NCBI GenBank assembly: GCA_963707025.1
Contig: CAVPOM010000016.1
Location: 1 to 64,000, forward strand
Origin: an uncultured Verrucomicrobiae bacterium
GTDB lineage: Bacteria; Verrucomicrobiota; Verrucomicrobiia; Limisphaerales; Palsa-1400
Length of the DNA: 64,000 bases
Direction: 5' to 3'
This document shows positions 10,266 to 19,414 of this stretch, one piece after another. The notes under the pieces are model-generated. The model searched no databases. It saw only the letters and a list, made by a program, of their open reading frames with translations, and was not told where the DNA came from. Within the stretch, counting starts at the first letter, position 1. The number at the start of each line of letters is the position of its first letter. The translations under genes were made by a program, and so were the position numbers.

Positions 10266-11446
10266 CCGCTTCGAACGCCCTCTCAAAATCATCTGCCTGG
10301 CCTTGGCCGCCGTGCTGGTCTGGCAACTGGGCAGCCTCATCCTGCGCGGCGACCCCCTGGCGAATCTGAAAATTCCCGCCCTGCCCACCTTGCCGGGCGC
10401 CACCAACGGGACCAATACGGCCACCGGCACCAACGCGGCCACCGGCACCAACGCGGCCTCTGGCACCAATGCGGCCTCTGGCACCAATGCGATCACTGGC
10501 ACCAACACGGTCAAAGGCACTAACACCCCCACCGGCACGAATGCCGTCAAAGGCACCAACGCGGCCCAAGCCACCAACACCGCCCCCGGCACGAATGCCG
10601 TCAAAGGCACCAACGCGGCCCAAGCCACCAACACCGCCCCCGGCACCAATGCCGTCAAGGGCACCAATGCGGCCGCTAACACCAACGCAGCCGCGGGCAC
10701 CAATGCCATCACTGGCACCAACGCGGCCACCGCCACCAACGCGGCCGGCAGCACGAATGGCATGGCCCAATCAACCAACGCCACCGCGGCCGGCGGGACC
10801 GGCCAGACCAACGCCGCTCGGCCCGAGGCGCGGCGGTTCGCCCAATTCCGGCCCGCCCGGGCAAACGGCCGGTCTGCCGCCCGGCATGACGCCCGAAATG
10901 ATGGCCGGCATGCCCCCCGAAATGATGGCCCGGATGATGGGCGGCGGCATGCCGGGTGGACGCAGGGGCGGCGGCCCGAAAAAAATCGAGCTTCCGCCCG
11001 AAGTCCAGGCCCGCGTGGATAAAATCATCAACAGCGAAATCTTCGGCCCCATCATCCGGCCGATGCCCATGGCCCTGATCGGCATCGCCGACCAGGAGGC
11101 CTTCATCCGCGCCACCAACGGCCAGACCGGCCCGGTCAAAGTCGGCGGCGAGATCGGCGGAATCAAACTGCTGCGCATCGGCGTCAACCGCGTGCTGGTC
11201 GAGCAGGATGGGGATAAAAAGGAGCTGACCCAATTTGACGGCGTCGGCGGAGAGAGTCTTATGCCCAAACCGACCAACGCGCCTTCCACCAACCTGCCTT
11301 CCACCAACGCCCTTTCCACAAACACGCCTTCCACCAACGCGCCCTCCACCAATTCGCCGACCAGAAGGGGGTCGCGCCGGAATGCCGCAGCCACCAACGC
11401 CTCAACCAACCAGACTCTTTCGTCCAAACAAAAGGAAACCCCATAA
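10258..11446 (+). CDS. gspC: GspC-like protein with long xTNxxx repeat linker (one frameshift near 10810)
   Basis: N-terminal TM anchor (ORF 10225) joins a C-terminal HR-like domain ALIGIADQEAFI...VKVGGEIGGIKLLRIGVNRVLVEQDG (ORF 10469); directly before the secretin. Confidence 0.65.
10408..10749 (+). repeat. Coding 18-bp tandem repeat, 19 hexapeptide units [G/A]TN[A/T]xx
   Basis: ggcaccaacgcggcc-type units; higher-order 54-bp unit GTNAVK-GTNAAQ-ATNTAP duplicated. Confidence 0.95.
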
Positions 11447-14355
11447 TGCAACCATCCACACGCCGGCAGCTAAAATTCAATCTCACCGCGGTGATGCTCT
11501 CGCTCTGTCTCGCGGCAGCCGTCCTCTGGTGTTCCTTGCCCCTCCTCCGCGCCCAGAGCGCGGAGAAAGACCCCGCGGCCAATCCCGCCCCCGCTGCGCC
11601 CGGCGCCGACCCGGCCCCGGCTGCCCCCGCCGCGACCAACAGCGCTGCGCGCGCCGCGACGGACACCAACTCCCCCGCCAGCGCCGCCGCTTCCACCAAT
11701 GCGCCCGGCACGGCGGCGGCTTCCACCAATGCGCCCGACGGCTCGACCAATGCGCCGGCCGAGGAGCCGAAAAAATTGCCCACCGACTTGATCTCGCTCA
11801 GCTTTCAGAACATGCAAATTGACCAGGTCCTCCAGTGGTTGTCCGAGAACACCGGCAAGAGCGTGGTCAAACATCCCTCGGCCCATTGTCAGGTCACCAT
11901 TGTCGGCACGAAAAAGATCACCCGCCAGGAAGCGGTCACCATGGTTTATCGCGCCCTGGGCATGGAAGGCTTCGCCGCCATTGAAACCCCCACCTCCATC
12001 CTCATCGTCCCGTCGGACCAGGAGCTGAAAATGAATCTGAGTCCGGAATTGATGGGGGCCGCCGCCACGGCCGTTCCCGGAGGCCGCCAGCGCCTGGTCA
12101 AAGTTTTTCCCCTCCTCCACCTCCCCGCCGCCGATCTGACCGAGAAAGTCAAAAGCGTCCTTTCCAAAGAGGCCGTCGTCGTCACCGATGACCGCGCCAA
12201 TCTCATGATTGTGACCGATTACAACGACAACCTGGCCGCCGCCGCCGCCCTCATCGCCGCCCTGGACGTGGAAAAGAACGACAACGTCATCGTGCGGGCC
12301 ATCGCCTTGAAAAATGTCAACGCCCTGGAACTGTCCAAGCAGATCCAGCCCCTCTACCAGAAGCTCACCGGCAAGACCTCCAAGGAACTGATCGAAGTCT
12401 CCGCCAGCGACAGGGCCAACTCGCTCATGGTTCTTTCCAGCGCCGCCAATTTCAAGGAAATCGAGAAATTCGCCGCCTCGCTCGACACGGCGGACGCGCA
12501 GGAGAAGGTCATGCAAACTTTCTTGTTGACAAATGCCGACGCCCAGGACGTGGCCAAACAATTGCAGGACCTGGGCAAGGAGCCGGACAGCGACTCCCCC
12601 TATCGCATCTTCTTCTTCGGCGGCAACCCCAACGAAAACAGCTCCAAGAAGGTCAGCATCGTGGCCGACCGCCGCCGCAATGCCATCCTCGTCCAGGCCC
12701 CGCCCAACGCCATGGAGGCCATCGCCAAAACCATCGCCGCCCTGGATGAACCGATCCAGGACAACAACCTGGCCCCAAGAATTGTCGCCCTGGAAAACGT
12801 CAACGCCGGCGACATCGAGGACGTTCTCAACGAGCTCTTTCTCAAGAAGGTAACCCAGCGCTCCTATTACGATGATTATTTTAATCCGCAGCCGGCGCAG
12901 GCCGACCGCGACGTCGGCCGCTTGTACGGCAAGGTCCGCATCACCAGCGAGGCGGCCTCCAACTCGCTCATCATCACCGCCAACTCCCAGGAAAACCTCA
13001 ACGCCGTCATCGCGGTGATCAAGGAATTGGACAAGCCCTCGGCGGCGGGCGACACCACCTTCCATGTCAGGCTCAGTTTTGGCAACGCCCTGAAAATCGC
13101 CAACCGCATCAACATCCTCTTTGCCAAAAACGGCTCCCAGGCCCTGCGCCCGGTCAACCAGCAAAATCCCAATAACCCCAATCCCCAGCCGCAGCAACAG
13201 CAGAACCAGCAGAGCACCCCGCCGGCGGACGACTTCTCGCTCGAACAGGTGGTCAAGGAAGACCCCTATTATTCCTGGCTCGGCGGACCGCCCGACAACA
13301 CCGGCCGCAACGGCAGTTCCGACAGAACCACCGAGCGGCCGGTCAGCGATCTGGTGGGCCGGGTGCGGGTTGTGCCCGACGAAGCCAGCAGTTCGGTCCT
13401 GGTCACCGCCAACGTCCACCTTTTTGCCCAAGTCGGCAAGATGATTGAGGAGATGGACGTTCCCCCGCCGCGGGTCATGATCGAAGCCAGGCTGGTGCAG
13501 ATTTCCGCCGATTATCTGGACCAAATCGGCGTCCGCTTCTCCCCCGACGGCAGCCAGGTTTTCTCCGGGGCTGACTTCCAGAATTCCCTGATGCCCCATG
13601 CGGGCGGCACTTACCTCAAGGGTATTGGCAACAACACTTCGGTCAACAACCCCGTCAATGCCGGCACCGCCGGCTCCGTCGCCCAGGCCATCAGCAGTTT
13701 GCGCTCCGGCGTGCTGGACAACACCGTGAGCATGGATTTCCTCATCCAGTTCCTCCACCAGAAAGCCGACGCCACCGTCATTTCCGAGCCGCAAATCACC
13801 ATTGATGACAATGACATGGGCAAGCTCTTTGTCGGCCAGGCCGTCCCGATTGAGACCGGCACCCTCAGCCAGGCCCTGGGCGGCAGCCAGCAAAGCTTCA
13901 ATTACAGGAATGTCGGCGTCATCGTCGAAGTCGAACCTCACATCAACGTCTCCGGCGACGTCGCCCTCAGAATCCGCACCGAATCCTCCACCATTGACCC
14001 CCAGCAAATCAATTCCCAGGTGGTCATTGACTCCGCCCAATTCCGCACCGAACTCACCGCCAAAACCGGCGAGACGCTCGTCCTGGGCGGCATCATCCAG
14101 CGCCAGCTCATCGACACCAGCTACAAAACCCCCATTCTGGGCAGCATCCCCATCTTGAAATACGTCTTCAGCAAACGCGACAAATCCGGCAAACGCACCG
14201 AACTCCTTGTCTTCCTTCGTCCCACCGTCGTCCGCACCCCGGAACAGGCCCGCGCCCTGCTCGAGGAAGTCAAAGGGAAAATGCCCCTCATCCAAAAATG
14301 GGAGCAGACCGACCCCGAAACCAAGCAGCAAAACAAGGATGACCGAAAAGAATAA
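11446..14355 (+). CDS. gspD: Type II secretion secretin GspD
   Basis: Signal peptide, N0 ISLSFQNMQIDQVL, repeated secretin_N domains (DDRANLMIV, DRRRNAILV), RVMIEARLV, GETLVLGGII, TPILGSIP, RTELLVFLRPTVV. Confidence 0.95.
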   Translation: MQPSTRRQLKFNLTAVMLSLCLAAAVLWCSLPLLRAQSAEKDPAANPAPAAPGADPAPAAPAATNSAARAATDTNSPASAAASTNAPGTAAASTNAPDGSTNAPAEEPKKLPTDLISLSFQNMQIDQVLQWLSENTGKSVVKHPSAHCQVTIVGTKKITRQEAVTMVYRALGMEGFAAIETPTSILIVPSDQELKMNLSPELMGAAATAVPGGRQRLVKVFPLLHLPAADLTEKVKSVLSKEAVVVTDDRANLMIVTDYNDNLAAAAALIAALDVEKNDNVIVRAIALKNVNALELSKQIQPLYQKLTGKTSKELIEVSASDRANSLMVLSSAANFKEIEKFAASLDTADAQEKVMQTFLLTNADAQDVAKQLQDLGKEPDSDSPYRIFFFGGNPNENSSKKVSIVADRRRNAILVQAPPNAMEAIAKTIAALDEPIQDNNLAPRIVALENVNAGDIEDVLNELFLKKVTQRSYYDDYFNPQPAQADRDVGRLYGKVRITSEAASNSLIITANSQENLNAVIAVIKELDKPSAAGDTTFHVRLSFGNALKIANRINILFAKNGSQALRPVNQQNPNNPNPQPQQQQNQQSTPPADDFSLEQVVKEDPYYSWLGGPPDNTGRNGSSDRTTERPVSDLVGRVRVVPDEASSSVLVTANVHLFAQVGKMIEEMDVPPPRVMIEARLVQISADYLDQIGVRFSPDGSQVFSGADFQNSLMPHAGGTYLKGIGNNTSVNNPVNAGTAGSVAQAISSLRSGVLDNTVSMDFLIQFLHQKADATVISEPQITIDDNDMGKLFVGQAVPIETGTLSQALGGSQQSFNYRNVGVIVEVEPHINVSGDVALRIRTESSTIDPQQINSQVVIDSAQFRTELTAKTGETLVLGGIIQRQLIDTSYKTPILGSIPILKYVFSKRDKSGKRTELLVFLRPTVVRTPEQARALLEEVKGKMPLIQKWEQTDPETKQQNKDDRKE

Positions 14356-14363
14356 GGGCTCTT

Positions 14364-15048
14364 GTAGCGGCGGTCTATGACCGTCGCAAACCAAAAACCG
14401 CGACAGATCGGCGGCCAGGGCCCGCCGCTCCTTTCACTATTCACCATTCTCAATTCACCATTCTCCACTCCAGGGCTTGACAAAAATTAGAACCTATGGT
14501 TGAATCGTCTGCGTGAGACACGTAGGCACAGTCCAAGCCCGCCTTCGGGAGGAGGCGGCCAGCGCAGCCGCGGAGGGCGGGGATGTGAAAATGCAGAATG
14601 CAGAATGCAAAATGCAGAATTCCCAATCCGTGAAATCCGTGAAATCTGAGGCTCAATTCCTTTCGTCAGGGCTGGCCGCCCTGATCGGTTGCCCTGGAAT
14701 TCCCCAACCCCCGCTTGGCTTTATGGTTCGATGCCGCCCAACGCCAAAGAGGCCGGTGCCGGCAAAATCTGCCGAACCAACCCATCCGGTCAGACCGGTC
14801 AAGCCCGGTCAAACCATATTCTAAACCTTGACCGTGACCTTGAATGCCACTCCATCACTCCATCACTCCCTTGTCCGCCATCTCGTCCGCCAAAGTTTTA
14901 ACGACGGCGGAAGCTCGGCCAAGCCGAGCGACGGCGGAACCGCCACTTCAAATTCAAATGCCTTTCCATCAACAATTTACAAATTATCATCGAGCGTTGC
15001 CAAGCAGGGTCCCACAAGCCAAATCAAGCCAAATCAAGGCACTTTTTA
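14364..15048. repeat. Intergenic mosaic: GTAG-type REP hairpin, 7-mer, 8-mer and 10-mer tandem repeats
   Basis: gtagcggcggtctatgaccgtcgc (14364-14387); (ttcaccat)n; (aatgcag)n; atccgtgaaatccgtgaaatc; (cactccat)n; (caagccaaat)n. Confidence 0.85.
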
Positions 15049-15098
15049 TTTTCCCCGCACTGCCTTCGGCGATGCAGACCAGTTGAGAATCCTCCATC

Positions 15099-16145
15099 AT
15101 GACTCCCCCTGAAAGTTTCCAGGCCCTGCTCCGCGGCCCCGACCCGCTCCTGGCCCTGGCCCCGATGCAGGACGTGACCGACCTGGCCTTCTGGCGCGTC
15201 ATGGCCCGCCACGGCGGCGCCGATCTCTATTGGACCGAATACTTCCGCGTCCACAGCGATTCCAAGCCGGAGCAATACATCTTGGATTCGATCACCCAAA
15301 ACCCCACCGGCCGGCCCGTCATCGCCCAGATGATCGGCAACGACATCCCCGCCCTGGTGCGCAACGCCCGCGCCTTGCAGCAATTCCCCGTCGCCGCCAT
15401 TGATCTGAACCTGGGCTGCCCCGCCCCGGTCGTTTATCGCAAATGCGCCGGCGGCGGCCTGCTGCGCGATCCCGGCAAAATAGACGCCATCCTCGGCGCC
15501 CTGCGCCAGGCTGTCGCCATTCCCTTCACCGTGAAAACCAGGATCGGTTTCGATTCGGCGGATGGTTTTGACCAATTGCTGGCCCTCTTTGCCAGGCATG
15601 CGGTGGACCTCCTGACCGTGCATGGCCGCACTGTCAAGCAGATGTACCGCCCCGGCGTGCGTTACGATCTCATCGCCCGGGCCGCCGGCCGGCTCGCCTG
15701 CCCGGTGCTGGCCAACGGCAATATCCACAGCCCGGAGCAGGCCCTGGCTGTCCTGGCCCAAACCGGGGCGCGCGGCCTGATGATCGGTCGCGGCGCCATT
15801 CGCAACCCCTGGCTTTGCCGCCAGATACGGCAGCGGCAGCGCGGCCAAACCCCGACCCTGCCCACCGGCCGGGAGGTGCTGGCCTACGTCGTCGAACTTT
15901 GGGAGGCCCAGACCTCGCCGGAGGCGCGGGAATCGGCCCGCGTGCAGCGCCTGAAAAAATTCATGAACTTCATCGGCGAAGGAATGGAGCCGCCGCAACC
16001 CTTTTTGCATGACATCCGGCGGGTCGAAACCCAGGCCGATTTCTTCCGGGTCTGCGCCGCCTTTCTCGACCATGATCGCCCCATGCGTCTGGAACCGGCG
16101 GAGGAGCAGGTGGTGGCGACGGCCTGCGCTCAGTCGCCTTCGTAG
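15099..16145 (+). CDS. tRNA-dihydrouridine synthase family protein
   Basis: [53 protein letters not shown]. Confidence 0.93.
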   Translation: MTPPESFQALLRGPDPLLALAPMQDVTDLAFWRVMARHGGADLYWTEYFRVHSDSKPEQYILDSITQNPTGRPVIAQMIGNDIPALVRNARALQQFPVAAIDLNLGCPAPVVYRKCAGGGLLRDPGKIDAILGALRQAVAIPFTVKTRIGFDSADGFDQLLALFARHAVDLLTVHGRTVKQMYRPGVRYDLIARAAGRLACPVLANGNIHSPEQALAVLAQTGARGLMIGRGAIRNPWLCRQIRQRQRGQTPTLPTGREVLAYVVELWEAQTSPEARESARVQRLKKFMNFIGEGMEPPQPFLHDIRRVETQADFFRVCAAFLDHDRPMRLEPAEEQVVATACAQSPS

Positions 16146-16792
16146 GAAATCCCCGTGCTGTTGGCCGAGAAGGTCATCGTGCCGGGGTCGAATTTCTTGC
16201 CGTTTTGGACATGCTGGTCGGCGAAAAGTATGTTGACGCGGTTGTTGTGGACGGGCGACGGGGCATAGCGCGGATCAAAAAGGGTGTCCACGTCGTTATT
16301 GTTCAGGTCGGCGTTGACCGGATCGGCCGGATAATTGCAGTCGCCGCTTAAAATGTAACTGGAGGGCGTGTTGATGCTGTGCAAAATGACGCCTGCCGGC
16401 GCCTCGGCCAGCAAAGTAAAGCCGTGCGAACCCATGAAGTAATTGAAGCCGGACTGCCGGTATTTGGAGCTGAACGCCGGGCAGCGCAGGATATTGGTGT
16501 TCTGGTACTCGCTCTGCAACGTCACCATCCACGGGGTTGGGGGGCCGCTGAACCACCCGCCCCGGCCCGGCGTGAGGATTGGCGTCTCGGAAACAGGCAG
16601 GCGGTCGTTGTAATCGTCCCCGTACATCATCATGGCCATGCCAATATTATGAAGATTATTGGCGCAATATATCGTGATGGCTTTTTCCTTCGCCTTGCCA
16701 AGGGCGGGCAGCAACATGCTCGCCAAAATCGAGATGATGGTGATCACCACCAACAACTCAATCAGGGTGAAGCCCCGGCGTTCTATTTTCAC
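16130..16792 (-). CDS. Prepilin-type N-terminal cleavage/methylation, H-X9-DG-like (DUF1559-type) protein
   Basis: [38 protein letters not shown]-terminal [14 protein letters not shown]. Confidence 0.9.
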   Translation of the reverse strand: MKIERRGFTLIELLVVITIISILASMLLPALGKAKEKAITIYCANNLHNIGMAMMMYGDDYNDRLPVSETPILTPGRGGWFSGPPTPWMVTLQSEYQNTNILRCPAFSSKYRQSGFNYFMGSHGFTLLAEAPAGVILHSINTPSSYILSGDCNYPADPVNADLNNNDVDTLFDPRYAPSPVHNNRVNILFADQHVQNGKKFDPGTMTFSANSTGISYEGD

Positions 16793-16880
16793 GATGCTTA
16801 TGGATTCTCCTTTATGTCAATATAGCAGACGCCGCGCCCTCCCGCCAATGAAAACAAAATCCCTTTGGCGCAACCGGCCT

Positions 16881-17168
16881 TCATTTGGCTTTGGCCTTCA
16901 CTTTCCTGATCGCGTCATTCAGAAGGACCCGCTGCTCCTCGCTCATTTTCGCGGCGTAAGCAAAACGCTGCAAGGCGGGCAGGGCCTCGGCAAACTTGCC
17001 CGCCTGGATCGCGGCGATGCCTTGATCCAGAAAGGGCCGCGCTTCCGGCGCGGCCGATTGAAAAGCGCTTTGCAGTTTGGCCGTGTCAATCTCCTGGTTC
17101 GAGCAACCCGTTGCGCCCCACGCCATCAACCCGGCCAGGAGCAGGAGTGGCAGCAGCATTTTTTTCAT
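16881..17168 (-). CDS. Small lipoprotein
   Basis: MKK + hydrophobic stretch + lipobox ATGC; helical mature part. Confidence 0.75.
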   Translation of the reverse strand: MKKMLLPLLLLAGLMAWGATGCSNQEIDTAKLQSAFQSAAPEARPFLDQGIAAIQAGKFAEALPALQRFAYAAKMSEEQRVLLNDAIRKVKAKAK

Positions 17169-17339
17169 GGACGGCCTTTCTTATCAATATGGCGCACGCT
17201 ATGACTCAAGTTACCCCAGGGGCCGCGCGGAGTCGAGATATAACCGCGCTCCACTGCGCGTTGAAGTGCCGCTTGACACTGCTGCCGGCGTCAGGGGCAA
17301 GAAGGCCACAGGAGTGCGCCCGTCCCCGGGGAATGGCGC

Positions 17340-18827
17340 TTAAATAAGGGAAGCCTTTCTTTTGGCCCGGGCCAGACGGCGGCGTTTATTGCGGCTCCAG
17401 GGCTGGCGGTATTGATGCCGCGATTTGTTCAAATGGGGGTATTTGGATCGTTTCTTGACAGCGCGCGGCTCCGCTCTTCCCGGACGCCTGGGCACCAGAT
17501 CGGTCGCCAGCCTTCGGAGCAGCCGCTGCCATAATTGGCGGCGCCGTCCCCCTTTGTTCCGGGCGTGTCCGAGTTGTGCCAGTGCCTGCGTCCATTGCCG
17601 GAAGGCGTCCAGGCTGCCTTTGAAACTGATCCGATCCAAGTCCACGTTCTGGCTTTGCGCGGCTTCGGCCATGATCCAGCGCAGGAAATTATGGGCGGTG
17701 AGGAAGAGCAGGAGTTCTTTCTCCACCATGCGGGGACAGAGGCAATGCAGGCTCTGCATGCCCAGGGTGGTTTTGAGATCGTCCAGGCACAGTTCCATGC
17801 GCCAGCGCCGGGCATAAGCGGCCGCCAGTTCCTCCGCTGGAAAAAGCGCCGCATCCAACAGGGTCGTGACCAGGGTCAGGTGGCGGGTGCGGAAGCCGGC
17901 CCGGCTCAGGCGCGCGCGCAGCACCCGCACCGTGATCTGCGGCGGCAGTCCGAGCCATTCCAGGAACGAAAGCAGGGGCGAAGGCCGGCCGGGTTTGGAC
18001 CAGGTAAAGAGCGCGTCCCAGTGACCCAGGCGTTGGCGGGCCTGGCGGAAATCCACCTTGCGGTTGCGCACGGAGACCCGCGCGAGCAAATCCACGCCCA
18101 GGAGTTGGAGGACGGCGGCGATAATATAAACCCCATAGGCGCGGTCGCCCAAGAGGATGTCGCCGGGGTGCAAAGCCGAGCGCAAGCCGTGGAGAAACAG
18201 AGCCAGTTCGGAGGAGCGCAGGCTGCCGGTGGCTTTGGCCAAAAGGGCGCCGCTGGCGGCGGAGAACAGAGCCACCACGCGCAGGTGGGGAAAGCCGCCG
18301 CCGGGCTGCAGGCTTTGGCTGGGGGGAAAGGCCGCCCGATTGGCCGGGGTGTCGGGCAGGTGGGTGCCGCTGCCATCGACCGCTTTCAACGGGCGGCCCT
18401 GTAGCAGCGTACTGGCCGGGGCGCGCTTTTCGGCGCTGTCGGCGCTGGCCGCGAAGGCTTGCTCCAGCAAGGCCAGGGGGAGTTTGGCGCGGGCCTGGCA
18501 ATAGGCGCTGCTGTCCGGCTCCGGTTCCGGGCCTTGGACCAAGGCCAGCAGGGCCTGCACCTGAAGGACGACGTGGCGGCAGGAAGTGTTGGCTTGGAAG
18601 ACTGGCCAGACCCAGCACCACCAGGTGCGAACCAGAGTGTAAACCTGCTCGCGGGAGTAGTCGCCGGCGGCCGGTTTTCGCAGGAGGTCGGTGGGCAAGG
18701 CGGGAGCCAGGCGGTCCTCGATCTGACTCAAGGTGGCGTGACGGAGGCGCGCCAGGCTGTGGGCACAGCGGCGGCCCGCCGCCGCCAGACGGGGCCGCCA
18801 GGCCGGGAAGAAGGGGGTGTCGGGCAT
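17340..18827 (-). CDS. IS4-family DDE transposase
   Basis: SAYCQARAKLP, AVDGS, LGDRAY and YREK motif YARRWRMELCLDDLK; C-terminal RRPGRAEPRAVK; start at ATG 18827 (MPDTPFFP) inferred. Confidence 0.95.
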   Translation of the reverse strand: MPDTPFFPAWRPRLAAAGRRCAHSLARLRHATLSQIEDRLAPALPTDLLRKPAAGDYSREQVYTLVRTWWCWVWPVFQANTSCRHVVLQVQALLALVQGPEPEPDSSAYCQARAKLPLALLEQAFAASADSAEKRAPASTLLQGRPLKAVDGSGTHLPDTPANRAAFPPSQSLQPGGGFPHLRVVALFSAASGALLAKATGSLRSSELALFLHGLRSALHPGDILLGDRAYGVYIIAAVLQLLGVDLLARVSVRNRKVDFRQARQRLGHWDALFTWSKPGRPSPLLSFLEWLGLPPQITVRVLRARLSRAGFRTRHLTLVTTLLDAALFPAEELAAAYARRWRMELCLDDLKTTLGMQSLHCLCPRMVEKELLLFLTAHNFLRWIMAEAAQSQNVDLDRISFKGSLDAFRQWTQALAQLGHARNKGGRRRQLWQRLLRRLATDLVPRRPGRAEPRAVKKRSKYPHLNKSRHQYRQPWSRNKRRRLARAKRKASLI

Positions 18828-18851
18828 AAGGCGGTATATATACCGCCTTAT
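18826..18851. promoter_or_regulatory. Perfect 26-bp palindrome between the divergent IS genes (putative operator)
   Basis: ATAAGGCGGTATATATACCGCCTTAT equals its own reverse complement. Confidence 0.75.
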
Positions 18852-18876
18852 TGACACGTCTGCTACTCTTTTCTTT

Positions 18877-19224
18877 ATGCCGACTCACAAAACAACCCGG
18901 CCAGCCCAATGGCAGGCCCAATACGCCCAATTACGCGACCGGCTGGCCAGAACCGGCTGGATCAGCGAGGGCTACGTGCAAGACCGCGGCCCCGGAGCAG
19001 GCGGCCTTTGTTATCAGTGGACCCGCAAGGTCAAAGGCAAAACGGTCAGTGTCGCTCTCTCCAAAGAACAATATGAGTGGCTCCATGACGCCATTGCCGA
19101 GTGGCGGGAGGTGCAAGCCACCATCAAAGCCATGCAACGCTTGAGCCGTCAGGTCTTGTTTGAAACCATCCCGCATCCCCCGCGTCGTAAGAGGCTGGGT
19201 AAGAAAGTTTTAGGTCTTATTTAA
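18877..19224 (+). CDS. IS-borne small basic accessory protein, DUF6788-like
   Basis: 115 aa from ATG 18877; CYQWTRKVKGKTVSVALS motif followed by amphipathic helix; stop codon inside right TIR. Confidence 0.75.
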   Translation: MPTHKTTRPAQWQAQYAQLRDRLARTGWISEGYVQDRGPGAGGLCYQWTRKVKGKTVSVALSKEQYEWLHDAIAEWREVQATIKAMQRLSRQVLFETIPHPPRRKRLGKKVLGLI

Positions 19225-19233
19225 GCGCCATTC

Positions 19234-19335
19234 CCCGAGGACGGGCGCAGCAGCCTTGGAAACACGGCGCGGCGGTGATTTTCCTGAGCACCCAAACAAT
19301 CCCTGGCTTGCTGCGGCCGGGGACGGCCGCACTCC
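19234..19335. repeat. Right part of an inverted REP doublet disrupted by the IS (left half-REP at 17311-17330)
   Basis: ggagtgcgcccgtccccggg | IS | cccgaggacgggcgcagcag ... ttgctgcggccggggacggccgcactcc (19308-19335). Confidence 0.75.
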
Positions 19336-19414
19336 GCCGCAGTAGTCTCAAGATGCTCCACTCCGCGTTGGACAAACCGGCGCGTGCCGTGGCAACTTCC
19401 CGCGCCGGTTTCCC

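Larger units (their letters stand above)
17331..19233. mobile_element. IS4-family element with two divergent ORFs
   Basis: Perfect 18-bp TIRs GAATGGCGCTTAAATAAG (17331-17348) / CTTATTTAAGCGCCATTC (19216-19233); both ORFs stop inside the TIRs. Confidence 0.92.

Noticed and set aside
10408..10749. CRISPR array or ice-nucleation protein
   Set aside because: The repeats are contiguous, in-frame and without spacers, no cas genes are present, and the 6-residue period does not match the 8/16-residue AGYGST repeat of ice-nucleation proteins.
11470..14394. 974-aa antisense ORF (and similar long antisense ORFs over gspK, lptB, thiC, panC)
   Set aside because: Shadow frames of GC-rich genes with strong codon bias; no recognisable motifs.
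16190..16260. H-X9-DQ instead of H-X9-DG in the prepilin-like protein
   Set aside because: A single substitution in a large, variable paralog family; not meaningful alone.
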